DNA of 33,284 nucleotides from Nemertoderma westbladi (lineage: Eukaryota; Animalia; Xenacoelomorpha): contig JAUCBJ010002369.1 in NCBI GenBank assembly GCA_032718475.1, forward strand, positions 1 to 33,284, in the 5' to 3' direction. The notes under the pieces were generated by a model. The model was not told the DNA's origin. It saw nothing but the letters and a program-made list of their open reading frames with translations, and did no database searches. Position 1 is the stretch's first letter; each line of letters begins with the position of its first letter. Below are positions 31,693 to 33,284 of this stretch, piece after piece. The translations under genes and the position numbers were made by a program.

Positions 31693-33284
31693 ATGGACAA
31701 CAAAGGTGTTCAAATGGACGACGAAATTCATTCAGCTTCGGAATCTGATGTATCCACACAGTCTGGTAAGTCACCTCTTACATCTACACGTATTGAAAAC
31801 GTTATCTCACCAACTCCTGTTGCATCTGTTGTAAATCCTACCGTAGAAATGTCTAGTGAGAGTTCAGTACCTAATCTAACTCACGTAAAGAGAACGATTG
31901 CTGGTTATAAGGCTCATTTTACACGACGTTTCAATGAGTTTACCATTCAAAGGTCTGCTACATTCGACCCTACTAATATCGATTCTATATTTAATTCTTG
32001 TATTAATGTATACAAATCTTTGTGTAGTCACTATGAAAAATCAACTTTCGATTTCGAAAGATTTGGTTTTTCTGATGTGTCACGTGAGCTAGCTGCACAA
32101 TCAGTAACTGTACTGTCAGACCTTGAATCTAAACTCAATGACATTCGCGAATATATTAATAGCAATGAGCAGACCGTGACTCAGACCCAGACATGTCGGA
32201 GTAACGCCATACCTATTGTAGTTGTGTCTTCAGATGTTCCACAGTATGTATCATCTCATGAACAATTGCAAGTTGGCGAGCTCAAACGTAATCGAACAAT
32301 TTCAACTCACTCTGGCTCTACAGCACATTCTCGAGCCTCTACGAGCGCATCAGTTCGAGTTCATCGTGCCAAAGTCAAGCGAAAATTACTCCTGCTACAG
32401 CTCGAGCAGTCAGGAGCAGCTGCTCAGGCAGATCAGGCTGACACATTGATATTACAAAAATCAGAGCGGCAACAGAAAGAAATTACTCGCTTGGCAAAGG
32501 AACGTGGCCTACGCGATGCTCTTGCACTTGCAGCACTTGAAGAAGCTTTAGAGTTGAAATCACCTGAATTTGGAGAAGCAGAAGCAGATTATGTAGCTTC
32601 TGCGCTATTACAATCACCAAAAAGATCTCCCACGTATGACGTACCAATTGGTGTACAAACTGAAAGTAATCTTAACAATAATGTGACTGTTAATACAAGG
32701 ATCCAATCAGAGTCTCCAGTCGACCCTGTTGCCATAGCAACCACGGGCCTACCTGTTAATGTGAGTGCCTCAGATTCCTATGAATCAGCACAAAATAATC
32801 TGCAGTCTAGTCAATCTCATTCCTACCCTGTCACTGTAGAAACAACGTCAGTAGTGTCATCTCAACTTCCAATTTTTTCTCTTACGTCTCCTATAAGACC
32901 TACTAGTGCGCTAATTAATAGTAGAGTTTCTGAAATTATCCCACTAGGTAATTTTTGTACAACTGGTCTCTTTATACCCCCAACATCGCCTTTTAATACT
33001 GCATCTTCCTTAAGTCAGTATTCTCAGAGATATCCTAGAAGTTCCTCGGCCGGACAATGCATTTATTCATCCTATACTTCTGGAGGACAATATGTCCCAT
33101 CCTATCTTACTACCAGCCGGGAACAATATAGTCAAGAGGAGCCTGTGGCATTTACATCTCTTGATGTAAATAGCCTTACATGTCCATCTATATATGTTTC
33201 AACATACCCCATAGGGGGACAATTCCCCCACCCTTCCCACCCCATAGGTCAAAGTGTCCCATCATGTCCCATCAATGTTCCGGG
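31693..33284 (+). CDS. Long ORF (>=530 aa, runs off the window), probable gag-like N-terminus of a BEL/Pao LTR retrotransposon
   Basis: ATG at 31693 and no stop to the window end. Helical KRTIAGYKAHFTR segment, SRASTSAS linker, coiled coil and S/P-rich region resemble BEL/Pao gag N-termini; no diagnostic domain within the window. Confidence 0.55.
   Translation, partial: MDNKGVQMDDEIHSASESDVSTQSGKSPLTSTRIENVISPTPVASVVNPTVEMSSESSVPNLTHVKRTIAGYKAHFTRRFNEFTIQRSATFDPTNIDSIFNSCINVYKSLCSHYEKSTFDFERFGFSDVSRELAAQSVTVLSDLESKLNDIREYINSNEQTVTQTQTCRSNAIPIVVVSSDVPQYVSSHEQLQVGELKRNRTISTHSGSTAHSRASTSASVRVHRAKVKRKLLLLQLEQSGAAAQADQADTLILQKSERQQKEITRLAKERGLRDALALAALEEALELKSPEFGEAEADYVASALLQSPKRSPTYDVPIGVQTESNLNNNVTVNTRIQSESPVDPVAIATTGLPVNVSASDSYESAQNNLQSSQSHSYPVTVETTSVVSSQLPIFSLTSPIRPTSALINSRVSEIIPLGNFCTTGLFIPPTSPFNTASSLSQYSQRYPRSSSAGQCIYSSYTSGGQYVPSYLTTSREQYSQEEPVAFTSLDVNSLTCPSIYVSTYPIGGQFPHPSHPIGQSVPSCPINVP

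Overview
Metazoan (invertebrate-like) genomic DNA. The + strand carries the 3' part of a beta-spectrin gene: 8 coding exons from 340 to 23625, with spectrin repeats and a C-terminal PH domain. Its 16.6-kb intron (681-17241) is highly structured. It holds a 30-bp minisatellite built from the exon end plus splice donor, three box C/D snoRNA copies of SNORD21/U21 type, a MetaSINE-like element and a nested transposon stack. In that stack, an old LINE fragment is split by an 11.7-kb Foldback/MULE-like element (9-bp TSD, arms of inverted 53-bp arrays). That element in turn contains a young, 5'-truncated non-LTR retrotransposon with an intact APE-RT ORF2 and an unusual ORF1 (10-aa tandem repeats, Ulp1/SENP-like C48 protease, coiled coil, RRM-like domain). 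Elsewhere: a deleted IS3EU-like DNA transposon in the last intron, a decayed related LINE interrupted by an RTE 3' fragment, a second Foldback-like element (21-bp arrays, 9-bp TSD) and a probable BEL/Pao gag-like ORF running off the window end. All calls are from reading the sequence by eye; no searches were run.
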